From: Amoeboradix gromovi X-113
Taxonomy: Eukaryota; Fungi; Sanchytriomycota
Assembly (NCBI GenBank): GCA_018985225.1
Contig: JADGIF010000020.1
Location: 6,512-38,511, forward strand
Length of the DNA: 32,000 nt
Direction of reading: 5' to 3'
In this document: positions 28,121-32,000 of the stretch, piece by piece
Layout of the letters: every line of letters begins with the position of its first letter
Position numbering within the stretch: position 1 is the first letter of the stretch
Notes under the pieces: model-generated
Databases searched by the model: none
Seen by the model: only the letters and a program-made list of their open reading frames with translations
What the model was told of the DNA's origin: nothing
Translations under genes and position numbers: made by a program

Positions 28121-31004
28121 ATGGACACTGAAGCTGCAAATTCTGCTTCATTCTTTGAGCAACATCTCTCTAATTTACCTAATAATTACTTATACACCAT
28201 TGATCAAGAGTACTCATTCACGATTCCTGTAGAAACAGTTGAACATGTTATTTCACCTGATTTTAAGTTAGATGTATCTGTTAATACCGGCGTCTCTGTA
28301 TTTCTACATTACACCGGCTCTGAACACTTGGGGGTTCCTATTGTTTACCACTTAACTTTATCAGATAAATCCTCAGGTTTTCAAAATCATCGTTTTTCTA
28401 CCCACCCTGAAGAGCAATCAAGTGGTTATAATAACTTTGTCCTTTTTGTCCCTAACACTGTGTTGGAATTTCATTTGTGCGTGATCAATGATCCTACAAT
28501 GGTTCTATTCCACCACTTAAACAATTACAACTCTCGTCTAGTTACAGGTTGCATTGGTCTAAACAATCAAGGCGCTACTTGCTATTTAAACAGTTTATTA
28601 CAATCTCTTTACATAACCAATATATTCCATTTCCATGTCAACACTATAGACACTCTAAACCATAATCCTAACAATTCCGTTGCTCTGGCACTTCAAAGAT
28701 TGTTTTATAAAATGCAAATATCCAATACTGCTGCAAATACCAATGAGCTTACTTCTTCCTTTGGTTGGCATTCTTTTGAAGCATTTCAGCAGCATGACAT
28801 TCAGGAGTTATTGAGGGTTTTGCAAGACCATTTAGAAGAAGAGCTGATCAAATTAAACAAATCGAATTTCATTAGGTCTATATTTGGCGGCACTTTGAGG
28901 TCCTATATCAAGTGCATCAATATTGATTACACTAGTGATCAGTTCAATCCATTTTACGATTTACAACTTCAAGTAAAGAATAACAGTAATCTAGATAATG
29001 CGTTCAAACACTACCTGATTCAAGAGACTCTAGATGGTGATAATCAATATTCCTATAACAATGAGAAGCACGACGCCATTAAGGGCTTATCGCTTTACGA
29101 ATTTCCATTGGTACTTCATCTGCAACTATGTAGATTTGAGTATGATTTTAATAACGATTGCATGGTCAAATTAAATGATTACTTTGAATATCCTCCGGTG
29201 CTAAATGTATTTGAGTACCTCGATGCAAATAGCCCTCAGCGCATACAGTGCTTAAATCAATTCAACGCGTCATCTACTAGTGAAAGTCCACAAGATGAGC
29301 CCCAGCTATTGTATGATTTGTACACTGTTATGGTACACGCAGGGGATGTTAATCATGGCCATTACTATGCGTATATAAAGGTCGACGATGTATGGTACAA
29401 ATGTGATGATGAGTTAGTCACTATAGCGCAGCACAACCATGTTTTTACAGATAACTATGGCCAAGCCAACAGCAACAATAACAATACAATGTATTCGACT
29501 AGGTATTCTACTAGGTTTAAATCGAGTACTAATGCGTACATGCTTGTGTACTTCAAAAGAGATGCAATCAATGATATCATTAACAGTGTCGACAATACTC
29601 CATTGCATGTGATTAATCAAATTACTACTGAAATTAACGAGTATAATGAGCAGGTTAAACGTAAGCTCTACTTTGATTCACATATAACAATCAAGATATA
29701 CTCACTGGAAAACATGGATTCAATCGGCACCTTTATAATAAACCATCCATGGCTACCAGACAGCGTTCACGAACAGTTAGAAGTTGAGAACATTACACAT
29801 AATGAGCTGCTACTAAAATTGGACTCTAATTACTACTATTACATACTGGTGCAGCATAATACATTCCCACATCATTACAAACCAATGTTTTTGATAAATG
29901 ATAGCAACTCGTTGAACACATTAATACAGCACTTTGACTCTGGTAGGTGTATGCATATAATGAAAATAGCAAAGTGTGAAATAACTACAAACACAAGATT
30001 TATATTCATCAAGTTGTATAATTCAACTACAAAAACCATGAGTAATGTCATGGCGGAATACGTGGACGGGTTACAGACTATCAATGACCTATTGAAAACA
30101 GCGATTTATGCTTTACCGGGACTCCAAGGGCCCCTCATTGCTGTGGATGAGCTCTACAAGGAGTTGGATGTAAATGCCCTGATAATGGATTACTATGAGA
30201 ATGATGGTAACATAATTTACGTTACCAATGACGCACAACAGTTACAGGCATACTTGGACGACTATTACAACCGCATAAAAGTCAACATACATGTAGACCG
30301 GGGTTCAGATGCAACTCTTGATGCAAATGCCTCTGGACCCTCTCCAGAGCTGATAGTGAATAGATTTATAAGTTATACCGATTTGATGGATTTAATTAAG
30401 CAGAAGTTCGATATAAACGATTTCAAGATATACAACAGACAAGTGGAAATAAATTCTACCAATGTCAACTATCAGCTAAATCAGCAAATAGTGGATATCA
30501 CATGTAGATTGAATGAAAACAAACTACGAAAGATAGTAGAATTGGGTAAAATGGTATTAGCTACTAATATAGAAGGAAGTGAAAATTACCGGTAAAACTA
30601 GACTGCAAGACCTTTTACAAGATGGATTAATGGGATACGGGATATATCAGCACGACATAGAAGAGCTTAGTGAAGACGTGCTTGTAAAGGACGTACCAGA
30701 GTATGTGCAATTGGTATCGACAGAGGTGATAAAGAACAAGGTCAAGGTTGTACATGTAGATGGAACATTGAGCAAGAAACATGGAATACCATTCTATATA
30801 GAGAACAAAGGAGAGTATAAGAAATACAAGGAAGAACTGCTTAAGAAATTAGGAAACACTCAATTTAAAATATATAATGCAAATCAGGGGCTATATAATT
30901 TACCAAAAGAGTGCATTAAGGATGATGAGATAGTAGAAAATGGGAATTATATTGCAGTAGATCATCCAGAGAAGAAATCTGTTAACAAGATAACTATAGG
31001 ATAA
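28121..31004 (+). CDS. UBP15: USP7/Ubp15-like deubiquitinase; exons 28121-30553 and 30573-31004 (954 aa)
   Basis: NYNSRLVTGCIGLNNQGATCYLNSLLQ Cys box, QQHDIQE, HAGDVNHGHYYAY His box, HGIPF and AVDHP USP7-like C-terminal motifs. A 19-nt intron joins the two ORF-track ORFs in frame. Confidence 0.9.
30554..30572 (+). other. 19-nt spliceosomal intron (gtattagctactaatatag)
   Basis: GT-AG with CTAAT; removal gives GKM|KEVKITGK, in frame with ORF 30579-31004. Confidence 0.85.
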
Positions 31005-31079
31005 TGGAATAATATAATAAATAAGCATTATACAATTAATTTTATTAAAAACATTCTCATCTCTTTTTGGAAACAATGT

Positions 31080-31375
31080 TGCTTAAATGACCAAGAGTTT
31101 CCACAGAGTAACTAATATTGCCAGTCAATCTGTTACAATGGTTGCTCACTTCCTAGTTATCGTAATACAGGCTTTGTTATTAAATAAGTATGCTCTGGCT
31201 TATATGATTTGAAGACTGTTGTCATAAATTAAAAAGGGATTATCCAACTTTTATTCTATGGAAGAAAGCGATATTTTGAAATGATAATATTCCTTTAATT
31301 ACTGTAATAGTTTATTTCAACTCGAATTGATACTATAAATATCGCAAATTGGACAGAAATTCTGAGAATTATCTA
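31080..31375 (-). mobile_element. Family-1 element remnant (copy F)
   Basis: Minus strand gtgagcaaccattgtaacagattgactggcaatattagttactctgtggaaactctt matches the A/C scaffold. The left part resembles C (cgcaaattggacagaaa) and E (gataatattccttta). The terminal hairpin appears deleted. Confidence 0.72.
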
Positions 31376-31809
31376 TACGTTATATTCGTTTAGCACACAA
31401 TTTACATCAAAAAATGCAATGCAAGTTTGGATTAATTCCTAATTTCAATCTGAGGTCGGTGAGAATAGATTGGATTATTCCATGTGGGATTAATATTAAC
31501 AACGAAAATACTGACTTGAAGCTGCTTTTTGTAGTATTTGAGTATCCAAGGGCAAATTCTATATTTCCAAAATTGCAATTGCAGAGGATTGTAGAATACT
31601 TTGGCTAGACATAACTTACTGAAAGAAGTTAAAGTTGGAGGAGCGTGAAGATTCGTTTAAATTATAGAGACGTACTAGCTTGATTCGAGCATAAAATAAA
31701 TCCATTTACTAATATACTGTGCATGAGTAATATTGTTTTAGTACTTTGATTAATCTATTGAACTGAATCGGTGTTGAGATTAGATCAATCTAAACTCATG
31801 TTTAGTCAC

Positions 31810-32000
31810 AATTTTGATATTCATTTATCAGGATGCTTTAGCATTCTTCAACGATCTTAAATGGGTTCCAGAGGCACTCATGTAATACACAGTTTTCAAA
31901 TCAAAGAAATCAACAGGATCTACAATGCAGTAGCAGCGACAATGTATCAGTGGACTGTTTACAATAAGTTAATTTGGCTAATTAGCTTGTAGGCGAGTTG
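31810..32000 (+). mobile_element. Possible diverged family-1 left part (copy G), cut by the window edge
   Basis: Frame KEINRIYNAVAATMYQWTVYNKLIWL keeps the KEI...Y.....TM..W spacing of copy C's TnpA HTH; tcatttatc motif upstream. Confidence 0.4.

Overview
AT-rich, gene-dense eukaryotic nuclear DNA. The gene content (Cch1 channel, muskelin, Dot1, Nuf2, Ubp15/USP7, complex I 75-kDa subunit) suggests a compact-genome fungus or close relative; this is inference. There are ten host genes. The three introns I can locate are all exactly 19 nt (GT...YTAAY-N-TAG). The intergenic spacers are largely filled with decayed Fanzor (eukaryotic TnpB/OMEGA) elements in four repeat families. Family 1 is IS607-type Fanzor2: six clear copies plus two tentative ones, with a TnpA HTH stub joined to a Fanzor C-terminus and a conserved, hairpin-rich right end of about 110 nt. 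Family 2 is a TIR-bounded element of about 410 bp with a Fanzor1-like C-terminus (two copies). Families 3 and 4 are probable Fanzor1-like families (two copies each). The best-conserved part is usually the putative omegaRNA/right end, followed by a different flank (potential guide) in each copy. Six right ends lie 17-157 nt upstream of a host start codon in the sense orientation. No intact Fanzor or transposase ORF is in the window. All alignments were made by eye, so element boundaries are approximate.
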